Shown here: positions 36,300 through 51,004 of the stretch, piece by piece
Position numbering within the stretch: the stretch's first letter is position 1
How the letters are laid out: every line of letters begins with the position of its first letter
Assembly: GCA_051294905.1 (NCBI GenBank)
Contig: CM119373.1
Span: forward strand, 932,001 to 996,000
Direction: 5' to 3'
Length of the DNA stretch: 64,000 bases
DNA from: Botryllus schlosseri
Lineage: Eukaryota
Program-made: the position numbers and the translations under genes
Notes under the pieces: model-generated
What the model saw: only the letters and a program-made list of their open reading frames with translations
Database searches by the model: none
What the model was told of the DNA's origin: nothing

Positions 36300-36893
36300 C
36301 GGATGCATTCAAATGATCTATTTTAATTACCGGTAGCCCGACACCATACAATTCAGTGTTCTTTCGCAATTCTAATAATCATTTTATCCTTGAAATATTT
36401 ACTATGATATGTGTATACTGGTTACGCGGCTTTAGATCTGAGATAGGAAGGTGCCGAAACGGCTTTGAGCAGTCTGCCTATTAGGTGATGTAAAGAGGAG
36501 ACATCCACACTGAATGAGAAGTAAAAGAAGATAAAGACTAAATTAGATGGCATGTGACGGAAGGCCTGGTCGATATATCGAGCACTGCCGTCTAGTTAGG
36601 GGTTCGGGTGCAGCAGTTGTCCTGAATATGATTGATCGGGCGCGGCACCTGAGGTAAATCTGGAATATTAGAAATAACATCTAAAAAATACAGGTAACTT
36701 ATTGTGAAATTTGACCTCAAGATGTTCATGATTAAAAATCAGTTCCGACGCATTGGTGTAGCCAGGCGCCAGTCACATTTTTCGTACATCTTCATATATG
36801 ACCATAAAGTAGAATATTTTTTTTTGCAAATTTTCTTATCACTACGCCCGATTTATTGTCACTCGATTTCTTGCTTTCAGTAATGGACTAATG

Positions 36894-37532
36894 CAGGGGT
36901 GGGGAACCTGCGGCCGTCGACATGTAGTTCAATTAGTATGTGTTGGCGGCCGTTGACGACATGCAAATTGAAATTACGGATTCACTCGCTGAACTAGTGG
37001 TACCCCCCTATAAATTAATCATACACCCAAGTTTAACAATCGAGTCTAACTATATTCACATCGCTATTATGAGTGACAGTGTCGCCAAATCTAGGATTTC
37101 GCGTGTGTACTCGCAGAAAGATCGTCGACGATGAAAACTTTGCACCAAATGATCGACGCGCATGTTCGCCGAAATCTTCAATATTTATGTGTCAAAGCGC
37201 CGAATAATCAAGTCCTTGTTAAATGAGCCCAGCAATATACATTCGCGATCCGCAATATATGCAAGTAACAATAGAATATTATCGACTGAATTCATTAATT
37301 ACCGTTGAAAATTTTCCGAGCTGCGCGCGGCTAGGACGTGTATATGAACCCTGCGTCTTCATGTCATAATTGTTATCCATTTTGATGCGTATCAATTGGT
37401 CTTGTTTTCACCGTTACCTATTCCGTTTCGTTCCTAATGAAAAACTAAAAAATGTCATCTATATTCAAGTGGCTCGCGCAATGGTTCGTAAATTTCATAT
37501 GTGGCCATAGCCGAAAAGGTTGGTCACCCCTG
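36894..37532. mobile_element. hAT (Charlie-like) MITE
   Basis: CAGGGGTGGGGAACC..GGTTGGTCACCCCTG; no TSD visible. Confidence 0.55.
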
Positions 37533-38670
37533 CATTAGGGTTACCATATGCCTGAATGAATGTTCTCAATTTTGTAATTTCTCCCTTTTTCTATAGAAAA
37601 GGATTAAAATGCGACTGCGGCGCAGCGAACATCCGAATTTCGTAAAAAATCGGGATTCGAGACAAAGTTATGACCTTTTTTTTGTCAACACAGTAGGCCT
37701 ACTATCGGACAAATTTTTTTCAAAATCCCCAGTTTTCTTGTCCAGTGATAGAGCTTTCAGGATATTTGAAAACTGTCGTCTTAGGATCTCAAAATACGCT
37801 AACCCCAGTATTGATTCAACTATCGAGTGTAAACATGGAATGGCAACGGCCGATTTTGCGGCTTCGTTGAGGCTTATTCAGAATTGCTTCGCGACAGCGA
37901 CATGTAGGAGTTCTGACAATCCAAAAGTTATCGTCGAGACCGCAGAATTTACTGAATCTGGTCTTATCGAGCTACTGTCGCGCCGATTCCGAGAAAATAT
38001 AAATTAAAATACAGTATGATCAGGCACCGGTGTTGGGATGACTCGAGTCACATTTTTCGTATGACTTTACTTTGACTCGGCGTATCAGAAATGTGGATTG
38101 ACTCGGAGCAAAATTCACATGTAAATTTCAAGTCATCAAGTAATCGGTGTCGATAAAAATCACTGTATCTTGCATATGTTCGGATTGTTCGCTAAACGTT
38201 GGTATAACCCGTGACAGCGACCAATCTCGTGCGTTTTACTGAGTCTCCATATTGTTCTTTTACAAATAATTGACAACAAACGAAGCGATCGAAGCTTACA
38301 GCTTACGTTGTTGATAACTAGTAGTAACATAATTCAATAGCAAAATATCTGTATCTGTTCTTTGTTCTTACCTTGACCAAAAATCTAATTCGAATATATA
38401 CTCCTCAACCATTGGCGCAGGCTCGAATTGTAGCATATGAATTCGTTTCTCTACTCTCTATTTTGGCTGGTAACCATAAACTGAGTCTGCAAATATTTGC
38501 GTAATTTAACAGTTCTATACGTATATGTGAGCGATACTGCGCCCTATTGCGTGAAAATTTAACTCTGTATTCGTTCACCGGTTCAAAATTCTGATCTTTA
38601 GAATATAACTTTTGGATTGCCAGAAATTGTACAGTCGCCGCCGCAAATAATTCTGAATAAAGCCTAAGGC

Positions 38671-41122
38671 CAGTGCTTCCCAACCTTTTTCGACTCATCG
38701 CCCCCTTTTCAAACTCCACGCCGATCATGGCCCCCCAAATATTGGGAACCCAAAAATGGGCATACAGACTGATATCACCGACGAGTTGACTTGGAAAAAA
38801 GGCTAACTTTTCGGCTCAACCTCGAAATTACGCTTTTTCAGCTAAGTGTTGGTGAGTTACGTAACATAAAAGGTGATTTCTACGACTTGATTCCCAAATG
38901 ACCGTGACAGCACTTCGACAGCCCACCCGCCCCAATACGCTGGTCTTGACTCCCCCCCCCCTCCATAGGGCGAGAGAGCAAACTTTGCACCGATCAGGCC
39001 TAACTCCCCCGATACCTCTTTACCGCTACTTCTCAGCACAAATTCTTGGACTCTTTAGTTAGTCGGCTTAATTCGCGCAAAGCGCGAAAAATTTCTATCA
39101 TTCATGGTTCGGTCAATATGATCGGGAATTGCATATATATTGCTGTCAATTTTTTATCCTCTCTCTGCTCATGTATTCAGATTTACCGTACTCATGTAAT
39201 CATATTTACCGTAAAACTGAGTGAGCTGTCTTGGAAAATGTATAGGGGCCGTAAATAATAATTGAACATATTCGGCGGACTCGTAGGTATAATGACTTCG
39301 TTACGTAATGACATTTCGTGACCTGTCTGCTACGTCAAAAGATATTCAAATCGCCCATACGAACTAGACTAAAAGACACACACGATTTCAAATTGGTATA
39401 TCTGCACTGGCAATTAATTTTGCTCTGCGGGATGGCATTTTTTGAGGGGTTCTGATAGCCAGGACAGGAACATTTGGCGCCAGCCATTTAGGCCCCCTCG
39501 GACAATTAAATATATATGCAGGGTTGCCATCTACATGGATCTAAAAATAAGGACAGTCGAAAAATAGGATTAGCATGAAAAAGCGTTTTTGTACATACTT
39601 TGTATTAAACGAGCCGGGGCATATATCACATTCCATACTTTTCGCTATAGAAACAATCTGCTTCAGCAACTCCTTGTTATTAGAAAGTGCTTCGCGGTTC
39701 TCACGACGTCTCAGGTCAAGGTTTACCTTTACTCAGGGCCGAAACAGCACTTCGTCAGCCCCCCCCAAAAAAAACGTTAATCTTGGGCCCCCCATAGGAT
39801 GATAAACCAAACCTTGTTCACCTCGTTGTGATTATAAGCGTCAACCAAGATGGAAAAGGCAAAGCCGAACACCAAGTTTAGACAAAATCATTTTTAAGCG
39901 TATGGAGCAAGAACTCCTGGCCGAAAATAACTTATTTGCGATGTTGGAATCGGGGAATATTGCTTTGAACAATTGCGATGTGAAGACGTTGGCGAGGAGT
40001 GATTGCTGGTGTTTGACAGTATGGAATGCCCAGGTACCCTGTGCCTTTTTAGTTTCTAGCCTTATTAGTAGCTAAAACTATATGCGCAAGTGCAATATAA
40101 TTAAGAAAAATGTATCAATGATTTATAGTTTTTACTACTGCTTAACCAATGTGTCAGCCGCACTGCGCCTTTATCACTAAGCAATAAACGCTGCCTGCCC
40201 CCCAGCTTGAGCTTATTCTGCTGTAGACCAAACAGCAGGAACCGGGTACTGCTGTTTACTGCTAAAATGACGTCCGCTGCGGTAGCTTAATTGGTACAGA
40301 TGAAATTTCTATAACACCACTCACTGCCCGCCCTAGCTATCTCACCACTTAGAAGTCAAATCTTGTGGTGTGTACGTCACGAGAGTTCCTGTAATTTATG
40401 ATGTCATGAAATCACGACGCAAAAGCATAATTTTAGAATATTATGCAACACAGATACAAGAGGAAAACTATCGTAGTTATGTAGCGGTTGAAAATAAAAC
40501 AAAATAAGGACGCAAGTCGAAAATAAGGACATTTCTTAGAAATAATGGCAGTTAAGTTTTCTAAGACGTGGCCCTTCAAAATAAGGACAAATCTTAGAAA
40601 TAAGGACGGTATGGCAACCCTGTATATATGTATATCGTATAGGCCTATATATATCGAATTCGGTCAGCATAAAGGCAGTCCTTTTCGGCCAAGGTTTTCT
40701 CGTTCTGGCACACTTCTCGGAGTCGCATGTTACATGGCCTGAAACTTCATATGTCTTGGTGTGACAATGGCTGACGCCGAGATGCCCATTTCTATCTATC
40801 TATCCAATAAGCAAGAATTATGTGATATGGAATGGCGCGCAGCGCGAAACTTTTTGAAAAAGTTGCCTGAATTTTTAAAATAATACTCTATAATTATTGT
40901 AAATTCACGAAACGAATTGTGGGCCCCCTTCGAGCTCGGGTCCCCAATCCCAATTGGGGGTTTGGGTGTGGTAGTTACGGTCGTGGACGCTAATATAGCC
41001 ATCGCCCCCCTATCGTCCCCTTCGTCCGTTTTCGCCCCCCTATCGCCCCCTTGGCTATTTTCGTCCCCTGGACCGACAAATCGCCCCCTGGGGGGTGATA
41101 TCGCCCACGTTGGGAACCACTA
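38671..41122. mobile_element. hAT-type element with nested insertions
   Basis: CAGTGCTTCCCAAC..GTTGGGAACCACTA; flanks GCCTAAGGC/GCCTAAGC; ATCGCCCCC subterminal repeats. Confidence 0.6.
39519..40622. mobile_element. hAT-type MITE (CAGGGTTGCCAT family)
   Basis: Perfect 12-bp TIR; TSD TATATATG on both sides; AAATAAGGAC subterminal repeats. Confidence 0.85.
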
Positions 41123-41918
41123 GCCTAAGCGAAGCGGAATGAAGCTGCAAACTCGGTCGTTGCCATTCAATATGTTAACATTCGATAATTCGACAGTCAT
41201 ACGAGTTGAAGTGAAATGAATTATTCTAGGCCTAATTTTGCCTAAAGAGCCAAAACTGTGAATCAGGAAGTTTGAAATGATAACCACTTGTGTAAAGGGT
41301 GCGAGATTGCGAGACTTTCTGGAGTAGGCTTCTTCGCTTAATAGTAAAAGTACTTCGTTACTGATCATCTCTGGTTGAGAGTGAGACAAATAAGTAGGCC
41401 TATTTGAACGGGATGGATTTGTTTCATCCGAGAGTTTAACAAGATCGGATGCACTCTGACTAGGACTACGTGGTGGATTGAAAATGACTCCACTCCTAAT
41501 TTCCTTTTACACTTTGCAACGTAGACAGTAGTTATGTGATAATGCTATAATAATCACTACTACGCGAGTGATAATGTCACAACTGGGCGAAAATCGTCTA
41601 TTCTATGGTAAACCTAGTATCTTTGAAGAACCTATTTGTAGTATCAGTAATAATTTTGCGTGACTTGCGAAGACATAACCTGCAATTTACAAAGAAACCA
41701 TGACCTCAGATTAACTGTGAATGGTATATGATTCATCGATCACATCTATTTTTGCGGCTAAACTACTAGCATCAGAAATTTCCACACTTTCACTTTGTAG
41801 GTTGGTAGGTATAGGGGGAATGTGGCCTTAGCTACTTGGCTTTTTTCCCCGGGACGATATCTGGCGTCCTTGCGATATTGACTCCTGTACTATTTCAATG
41901 GCTTATAACTTCATATAG

Positions 41919-42636
41919 CAAGGTTGTAATGACTCGAGTCATGACTCGACTCGAGTCAGACTCGAGTCACGATTTTCGGATGACTCAACTCGAGTCATTT
42001 TCTCAAAATACGGAAATGACTGGACTCGACTTGGACTCGAGTCATTGCGCATGACTCGAAGTAAGTCATTGACTCGAGATTCAGACGGCGAAGACCATCA
42101 TTTCATTGTAATTTCGAAGCCTTAACACACTATTGGGATTTCGTTTGTTGTTACTGGTGCTTGAAAATGCGACCAGAAACTGCTATAAGTGAGGAAAATT
42201 GATATATTATAAATGCGAACCATTCAATATCACCAAACAGAAACTGGAAACTATGAGCAGTCAACACAATGACTTGGACTCGAGTCAGTCAGTCAGTCAG
42301 TCAGTCAGGTTTATTAATATTTTCATCGTTTCAAAACATCACAAGACTGCGATACAATGAAAAGATAGGAGGGTATCGAAACAACTTGGAGTAGCCATTA
42401 AGATCAGTCACCCACCTTAGCCTAGGCGAAGTAAATAAGAGGCATGCACAATTGCACACTGAATGAAAAGTAATGCAGAGTCATAATACCATGACTCGGA
42501 CTCGATCCTCTGTTCGCTGACTTGGACTCGGACTTGACTCGGTGGGAATTGAAAATGACTCGACTTGACTCGAGTCAAAAATATAGAAGTGAGATTGACT
42601 TGTGACTCGGAGCCTTGTGACTTGGTTACAACCCTG
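41919..42636. mobile_element. hAT-type MITE (GACTCGAGTC family) with a reverse CR1/L2 3'-UTR insertion (~42285-42478)
   Basis: CAAGGTTGTAA..TTACAACCCTG; perfect TSD TCATATAG. Related copies at ~30258-30690, ~33145-33700 and ~35238-35520. Confidence 0.85.
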
Positions 42637-42659
42637 TCATATAGCCCTTCCACTTGATA

Positions 42660-42880
42660 TCGTGAATTCGATGACTGGCCAATTGGCCATGTAGTATGCA
42701 CTTCTGTTAGTAGGGACTCTGGCGTTAGTGGTACTTTATTCCGCTCGGTGGTCTGAATTAGATTCATGCTGGGACGGTCATACTTAGGGCAATGGAGGAG
42801 GAAATGCTGCTTCACGTTTTCTTGGGTCCCGCATGCATCACAGGCCATTTTGGTGACTTTCACTTTGTGGTTTTGACATG
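42660..42880 (-). pseudogene. LINE ORF2 C-terminal CCHC fragment (I/Nimb-like)
   Basis: ACDACGTQENVKQHFLLHCPKY..LTPESLL. Confidence 0.5.
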
Positions 42881-45099
42881 TTTTGGAAGTTGCTAATTTT
42901 AATTGTAATTGAGAGCAAATTTACGAAGTTGAAACTAGTCCACAGACGCTCAAGGGATTTGTAGACCCCATGCGTTGAGAGCCTCGATGGCATAGGCCTT
43001 TTGAACTACACTAGCTGGTATTACAATAAGTCAGCAAATCTGGATTCTGGAATATCGGCCCGGTGCAAAATGACCGAAGACGTCGAAATGGTCTACAGCA
43101 AAAAGTACTTGAAGCGCAAAGCGAATATCTTTTGATCATTTTATCAATAGCGATTTCGAAATTAGGCGAAGCTGTCACTGGGGTGCGCAGTATCAATGGT
43201 CGGCCACGCTTGAATCACCTCAAGCCATTAGAGAAGCCGTAATAAATGTTTTCATACCGAAAGCGGCCGCACAGCAAACAGCGGTCGGGTGAGGGTCATC
43301 ATTCCTTTGAATCCGAAGAATCTCATCCAGACATCCACGCCAAATCCGCCTTGGATAGCTTTTTCAAGGAATCCGAACTGTACAGCAGAGCTGAGATACA
43401 TAAGGCATAACCTTTGCAGAGACCTTGGTCACTGGTCAGGGTTAGCAGGTGTTCATATACTCTTGAACTCTAGACGGCTCAACTGAGGAGTGCTCCTAGT
43501 CCTGTTATAAGGTGTTCACTGTCCGTGCTTGGATAACGAGCAGGCGATCGTTGGTTTTGGCTGGTTATTAAAGTAACTTCGGCTCAGAACGGCACGGATT
43601 CATCCGAAATGAAAAGTCATTTTAGTAATCAATAATCGTCAGATTTATTTTGATCCGCTCACAACCTACACACACAATGTATGATGCGATTTAATGAACA
43701 TATCAGAGGATGCCGAAACGTCCAGTCGCGGCTCGCGTTTATTGAATTAACTTCTCGCCCAATATACTCGCGAATGTTATTTATGTACCGATGTGTACAA
43801 TTTCCCCGTTGACGCTTAAAGGGGATACAAATGTTGAGACGACTCGCGTCACTATTTTCAGATGAAGTAATCGATGTTAACTTAATCACTCGCCCTGTAC
43901 AACGGTGGTTTCCAAACTTTTTAGGCTGCGACCTGAATTTGAGTTTTATTTCATCTCGCAGCCAAATGACAAATCAAAGAGATTACCGGTATGATAACAG
44001 CAATTTACAACTAAATATAATGAAGCAATAAATCTAACTGTTAAGGCGAAACTTGACAATCCATAAGCGATTCAACAGTGGATGCGGTCAGTCTCATTCG
44101 CCTTATGCTTCGACAGTAACTGAAAGCTCGGTCACTGTAGCAACTCGACACTTGGTTGCTGAGAAAGCCTTTGTCCAACCGCCTTGAAGTTGGCAGCGTA
44201 TTGTGGAATCGCACCAAAATTTCAATGCACATTGCACATGCCCCACAGGAACTGAAAGCTCGGTCACTGGAGCAACTCAACCCTTGGATGCTAGGAAAGC
44301 CTTTTGCCAACTGGCTAAAGGGTGCTTATTGTTTTATAACACCAAAATTTCAAGCACATGATGTCTTAGAAGCATCCTGGTCTCAAACGCCTTCCACAGT
44401 AACTGGAAGCTTGATCACTGGAGCAACTCGTCGTTTGGATGCTAAGAAAGCATTTGGCCAACCGGCTTGAAGTTGGAAGCATATTGTGAGATAATTCCAA
44501 AATTTCAATGTACACAATGCCCCAGCAGGATCTTGGAATCGAGAGTTCTCCATATCTTCTTTCAAGTAGCTAGGTTACTTCATCTTTCTATGGTTTTACT
44601 TCATTGTCATGTAATTCTAAGAAGTCTTAAACACTTGAACTTTGAGGTACATATCGTTGTTGAGGAGGATATTATTGCTCATTGACAGAATGAAGGAAAT
44701 AGTTTTAATATTGGCTTAGCTTGTTCCACAACTTGTTGTTTTCGGTCAGGATCAGACTTCGTGTAGCGTTGTAATATTTGAGAAAAGAGATGAACGGTGA
44801 TGCCACATTCGGTGCAGTTTCATCCTTGACTTGTATTAGAAATCAGCATTGAAAGTGTCGATCCCGACCGTGTAACATTACTTTGAATCAGCGAACTGCT
44901 TTGAGTTTTTCATTGAGGTCAGAGAGTTTGCAATAAGTCGCCCATGGCTGGTACTTAAGTCTTATCTGCCTGCGGCGAGTGTCTTCGCACAGTTGCGACC
45001 ATATACAGAGCGATCACGAATACCAATACAAGACAGTTCCACTCTAACAGAGTTGTGCTTTTACGAAGAGAACAAGCTTGGTTGCGCAGGACTTCTTTA

Positions 45100-45900
45100 T
45101 TATAGCCTCTTCAAGTTGCGCGACCGGTAAGTCCCGCTTCTGCTTCAGTCTTTCGCTTTCTTCACGGGTCGGACCCGCCGCATAAGCTTATGCGACATTT
45201 CGTCGAGCTTTCCGTGGGCATTAAATGCCAGTTTTTCAGGCACGTCATCGTATCCGTCTTTGCGTCCTGAACGTGGATTTGTTCCACTCCGTCCATATAT
45301 GGAAGCTCTCTTCGCATACAATGGCTGAGAGGGCCCTCAAATCATAGATTCCCGCGTCCTTGCATCTCAGAAGATTTCTTCTACGAAACAGCCGCCGCGC
45401 CAGTTCATAACGATGGCGCTGTGGACCACTCGGTCCACTTGAGCACGGGACGTAATCCACGCGTTGACTTGTTCCGTCCGATATTTCTCGCTTTTCTTGC
45501 GGAACTCTGCCGGCAGGGTGGCATTATCCGCGACGATTGTAATGTCGACCACCCTGGCGACCTTCTCGCTCTTATTTATTATAACAAGGTCGGGTTTACG
45601 GAGTCCATCATTCGTTCTTATATGTGGCTCCCACCAAGTTTCATCGCCATGATGTTCGGCTTTTCGCATGACATAGCGAGCGACGCGATCGTGGCGTCTG
45701 ATACGTGCGGCATGCGTCCTGGGGCACACTTGGAGTAAATGCCCCAGCGTCGCAATTCGTTCACAGCACTCACAGCGCTTATCGGATTCAGGACGTCCCC
45801 GTTCAACTTTGCGGTTCTGCAACCGCAGAACCTTGCGGCTCTTCAGCCACTGCCTACGCTGTCTGGCCCACGACTTCATTTGAAGGCGTCGGTAGCTCGT
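45100..45900 (-). mobile_element. 5'-truncated R2-like non-LTR retrotransposon (CCHC + restriction-like endonuclease)
   Basis: RGR..RCECCERIATLGHLLQVCPRTHAARIRRHDRV..WEPHIRT..GLRKPDLV..VVDITIV..KKSEKY..NWRG; frameshift near 45380, stop at 45245. Boundaries approximate. Confidence 0.85.
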
Positions 45901-48066
45901 ATCTGAAATGTTGCCGCAAGTTCAGCGAGGAAATGTGTTAACAAATATGCACTACACGTCATGTTTCAAGAGTCACATCAAGTATTAAGCATCAGCGTGC
46001 GAACATAAACTATTGGAGACATGTTATTTCGATTCCATTAAAAAATCTACTCATAAAGTCAACATCTGCAAACTGTTGAGCTTCTTCAATTAATTATCAC
46101 TGAAAGGCAGTTACACAGATCATTTTTCAAATTGAACTGTAATTCAATTACATACGGAAAGTAAGCCACAGTGCATTACGATTACTGCTAGCCGAGAGAA
46201 GCTTGCAAACTATAACACGGAAGCATGTAAATTTAGTCAGGTTTTAGTTAGTCAGGGTTCACAATATTTACCAATTTCTGCAACAACTAAATGACATCGA
46301 AACAGTTACTATCACATTGTATTATACAGAATGTTCTCATATTGGAATGGGACTATCACATTGCATTATACAGAATGTTCTCATATTGGAATGGCGATAT
46401 ATTATTCTATTAACTGAAATATTTACCTCGTTTTACATCGTTTTATCAAACGAATTTTGTTCCGCAGCTCTCGTGCGTCTATACGACTTCGTTCTTACAT
46501 ACGACACACATATCCATATTCTCAAAAATCACACCTCCGTCCCTCGCCCCGTCAAATCAGCAATGAGCAGACCACGCGTGGTCGATATGCGAGCAGAGTT
46601 ATTTTTGGCATTTTTCAGTTCTTGTTATGGCAGTTTTGGCATCACCCTCTTACGAGATTGTTTCAGACTCGAATCGAATTAGTAATGAAAACGCTGTATT
46701 TGGGTCAGTCACAAATCGAATTAGTAATGAAAACGCTTTATTTCGGTCAGTCACAAAATGTGCATCATTCACTTATTCAGTGCCAACCAACAACAATAGG
46801 TTTTTATTATCAAACGAAACCACAAAATGTGCAGTATCTACTTGGAATCGGTACCAACAAGCAAAACGAAAGAAAAGGCTGAAATATCATAAATCGTACG
46901 TGAATCGCTCCGTTCTCTCGCGATTAGTCGCCACGTTATTTTACTGCAGAAAGGCAAGGTTGAACCAGAAAATCACCATTTCTATACATGTTCCAAATAA
47001 GCGGGTGTGGCGTCACTAACAACATCGTCACGTTCTGGTGTTGAGGACGCATTTTCTGTGGTCAACAGAATATAAAAAGTTGTTAACGAAAGTTCGTGTC
47101 ATAGCCCGCCACACTAAACACTTGACAGTACATATCCTAACACCGGCATGTGCACTTTTGAGTAATTCCCTCTCAACATGCAAACGCCCGTCTCCACTAC
47201 AGTTTTAGATCCAATTAAAAATTTTCACATGGATAGGGTATCAAATTTGGAGCATAACAAACTTTGTTTCAAGAAAATCGGACAATTCGCTGCAGAGTTA
47301 TTGCAATTTGAAAAATGACACTTTGTGCTCACTCGGCCGTGACGCTATACTGCTTGAAACCTATGTCTAATTGGAATTGACATTATAGTGATAAAATTGC
47401 AGCCAGGCAGACTCAAATTTCTGTAGTAAGATATTTTATATATGCTTATTGTGATAGACCTAACCTTTTAACTTTACAAATAGGGTTTAGAGGTCAAATG
47501 TCAATTTAAAGTCATCATGTTTTCAAAATCAGTCATGCATAACAAATATTCAACTTTGCCTAGCGTAATTCTATTTAAACCGATTTTTTCGAGAAAGGTG
47601 TTGAATGAAAGCTTGAAAAGAGTAGAACACTGCTGAATTGATATTGAATGTGATATTTGACTGCCAATCATCTCAATACTTCATTGAAAAGATATGTTTA
47701 AATTTTTCATTTTTTTCTAGCGTTTATAGTTTTTTCCATATATCTTTCTGTTTCTAGACTGCCTGATTGCCACCGATCTCTGATCATACAATATTTACTA
47801 GAAAACTTATTTTATAAATGGCTGTCATGTTGATTAAAGATCATATCACTTGGCTGAAACACGGATACGGATAAATGTTCACCAGACATTCTGAAAACGA
47901 AAAGAGTAGATTAGCTGCATCAAAAACCAATAGGTGTAGTGTGGGGCGATTGTTAATGAACAAGAAAGTCGAACAGTAAGTAGAAAGCATATCAATAATC
48001 AGTTTTGAATACCAATATTAAACATCAGAACACATTTTCAAATTATTTCAATATATACTGTCCATA

Positions 48067-50662
48067 TTATGCACTTGACGTTTTTTCGGTGCATTTCGGA
48101 GTATGTAGGAACTTGGCAAATGCAGATTGAATTTGCTGAAGGGTGCCATTTGATAATTTGTGCTGGCCCCTTAATGTTGCCAAGGTTGGAGGTTCAACGA
48201 TACACAAGATATGAGCATAAGGAACATAACATACATCTTCATATTCAGGAAATCTGAATGAGACCGAAGGCCCTTTTGGATGCATAAATTTTACTTTAGC
48301 ATCATCATTTGCATGATCCACTTCGGTGATATATCCAATGAACCAGTCATTGTCATAAATAACAGATGCATAACTGCCCTGCTTGATGCCATCAACACAT
48401 GGGTGACATTTAGGCTGTAAAAAATCAAAAATTAAAATGTCCTTCTCATCAAAATTTATGCGTTTCATGGCAACTTTGCAATTAGATATTGGCCGAAAAT
48501 TATGAAAGGATCTGGTTCCTTTGATGGTGCTACCAAGAGCAAATCTTTTTTTCAATTGTTCTCTTGTAATTTGGAGGTATGTTTCTGGAAGCTCTTTGAA
48601 ATAGATGCTGGGAATTGCAGTTTTGCAGTACTTCATCATTTCTTGAACATTCAGAATTTGGGCATCGTATGGCCGTCGTCGAAGACTTTCCAAAGTGGCT
48701 GTACCTCCTATTCCATCGCAAACGGATTTGCCGTGACTAGTTGCGAAAAAGGACCATTCCGCTTTCACACCGAAGTCCTCTTCGTGCCAGCACAAATTGA
48801 TGAAGTTTTTGTAATTTTTATATTGCGCAGCGCAACCATCGGTAAAATATTCCACTTTTGTTACAGATGGCAATGAATTTTTCAAAAAGCTTATCGTTTC
48901 ACTTTGAATTTCATAAACCATGGCTACATCGTGGCGCAAGTCGCTCGAAAAAAAAAACAAAGCGACAAATGCTGCAGCTCGCCATTTTTGACATAGTAGC
49001 ATACCACTGGATGCACAGTACAATTACTATGAGACCAGTGATATCCTTGGGCTTCGTCTTGGACATGAAATGAATGGTTTTCACTGAAGTCCATCAAGAT
49101 AACTACAGATACTTCCTCCAATGTCTCCTTGCGCAGTTTAAGAAAAGTCGCCTGTTGTTTTGCAATGAAAGAATGCGGGAGGAGTTTGATCAGTTTAGTC
49201 ATGAGCACCGCAATAAACTCAGTCACAGGAAGTACCCTATAAACCAACTCTGTTCTGTCAGTGGCTGTCCACTGATTAAATGTAATTGGTTCATTGAAAT
49301 CTTCAAATTTCCTTTTTATATATTCCTCAACTACTTTGGGGCCTGGGCAATGAGAACAACGTTGCAACATACAGTCTTTGCTCTTTGTATCACACACCAT
49401 CATGCTGATCAACTCATGGTAACTCTCCTAAATTGTGCTGATTTCATCATCAATATCACATTCTGGTGTATTGTACACACGCAAACTGAATGTGTACCTG
49501 AGGATCCTGCCAATACACACCATTTTAGCCTTAAAGCTGCAAAGGTTGAAAATCCAACTTTGAGGTCATTGTGCTTCTCTCGAAATAGCTGATACAACTC
49601 TTTCAAGGTACATAAAATCAATTTTTTCTGCTGATATACGTTTCTTTTAACTGAGACCTTATCCCGAATTCCAGGCATTGTTCTTGAATTATCATCATTG
49701 CAGTAAAATTCTGAGATTGTTTCTTTTATTGACTGACTTGAAGCCTTTCCCTTTCTTGGTGGTGGTTTACTCAAAATACCATTTTCCTCGAGTATGCTTT
49801 TAGCAGCAGTCACTAAACAATATGGGACACCAAAATACTCGGATATTTCTTTTTTATTCCACGAATTTGGAGCTAATGTCAGTAGTTGGATTTTCTCTGC
49901 TCTTGTTGTATCAGTATGATTTATCTTGGCAAAAATTTCTCCCATTAAGATATCAAGATCATTAGCTTTTTGTTCCAATGATCTGTTGGAATAACTTTCC
50001 TCACTGACCTCATCTATTGAGAGGTCTAGTGCAGTTGCAACCTTTTTTGTCATTCTGTTTCTAATCTTCAATAATTTTCTTTTCCCGTACTGAGAGCGTC
50101 GATCTTTGGCCATACCATGCAGTTTCAAGGGGGACACTCCAATTTCGTTCAAACTTGAATTCAATACAAAACTTGATACCTGATCAATTGAACATTCTTC
50201 CTCACTATCTTCGCCATTTTCCTCACTATCTTCACCATTAGAAGAGTCACAGATTTGCGCACACATTGCTTTCAACTTAATATTGCAGTTATTACAAACT
50301 TTCTTTCCTGGAACAACTGTTACCATCTGCTTCTGCAAAGCCTTTGTCTGCTCAAGTGTTATGGCATGGATGTTCTTTCTAATTTTCCTTCTATGACACT
50401 TCAAGGGGTGACAACAAGTTACCTGCAATGCTTCATACTGGTCTATCATCAGTGCTTTGTGGTGTCCACATACTGTTTCAACTTTCCCCTCTTCGCTGAT
50501 CAAATTTGCTCTGTGTAGAAGTTTCTCTCTTTCCTCAACATCCAATTCTTTACATGGAACTAGTGATTTCTTGGTCACAAATGTTAGCTTATGGCACTCG
50601 CTGGGCTTGTCTAATAATATTCCCACACTGCAGGATTCTATCGCGTTCATTGTAAATAGCAT
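48067..50662 (-). pseudogene. Sola2-like DDD transposase in three frameshifted ORFs
   Basis: VCVCTIHQN, MDFSENHS..QDEAQGYHW..TVHP, SDLRHD, YFTDGCAAQYKN, WSFFATSHGKSVCDGIGGT, IKGTRSFH, C-terminal WFIG..VKFMHPKGPS. The Sola2 label rests on motif recall and the GAG terminus. Confidence 0.8.
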
Positions 50663-51004
50663 AAAACCTGATTGTAGCTGAACAACAAGACAGCACTATT
50701 ACTCAACAACTCATAGCTATTTCAAATTATTTATGCCATGTCTACTGATTAACATCGATCGAAAGATTGCAGATCATCAGAGATATCCTACACGGATTGG
50801 CAAGACATTAAATAGGCAATAATATGCATACATGACTCTGTGTACGTGATTGGAATTTTGACTGACATCACATGCAACAGTAAATCTTATGATGACATTT
50901 TGACACGTTACGTAGACCAACAATCGTATCAAATATTACTCATAATATAGGCATAGGATATAGAGCAAACAATGAACTTGTAGTCATAAAATATACTGTT
51001 TAGC

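Noticed and set aside
37609..38728. 100-130-aa ORFs at 37609, 38405, 27448, 28387 and 46317-47019
   Set aside because: No recognisable motifs; they lie in repeat-derived or intronic sequence.
43180..43600. Possible old RTE-like LINE remnant on the minus strand
   Set aside because: Only faint similarity, with many stops; not supportable without a search.
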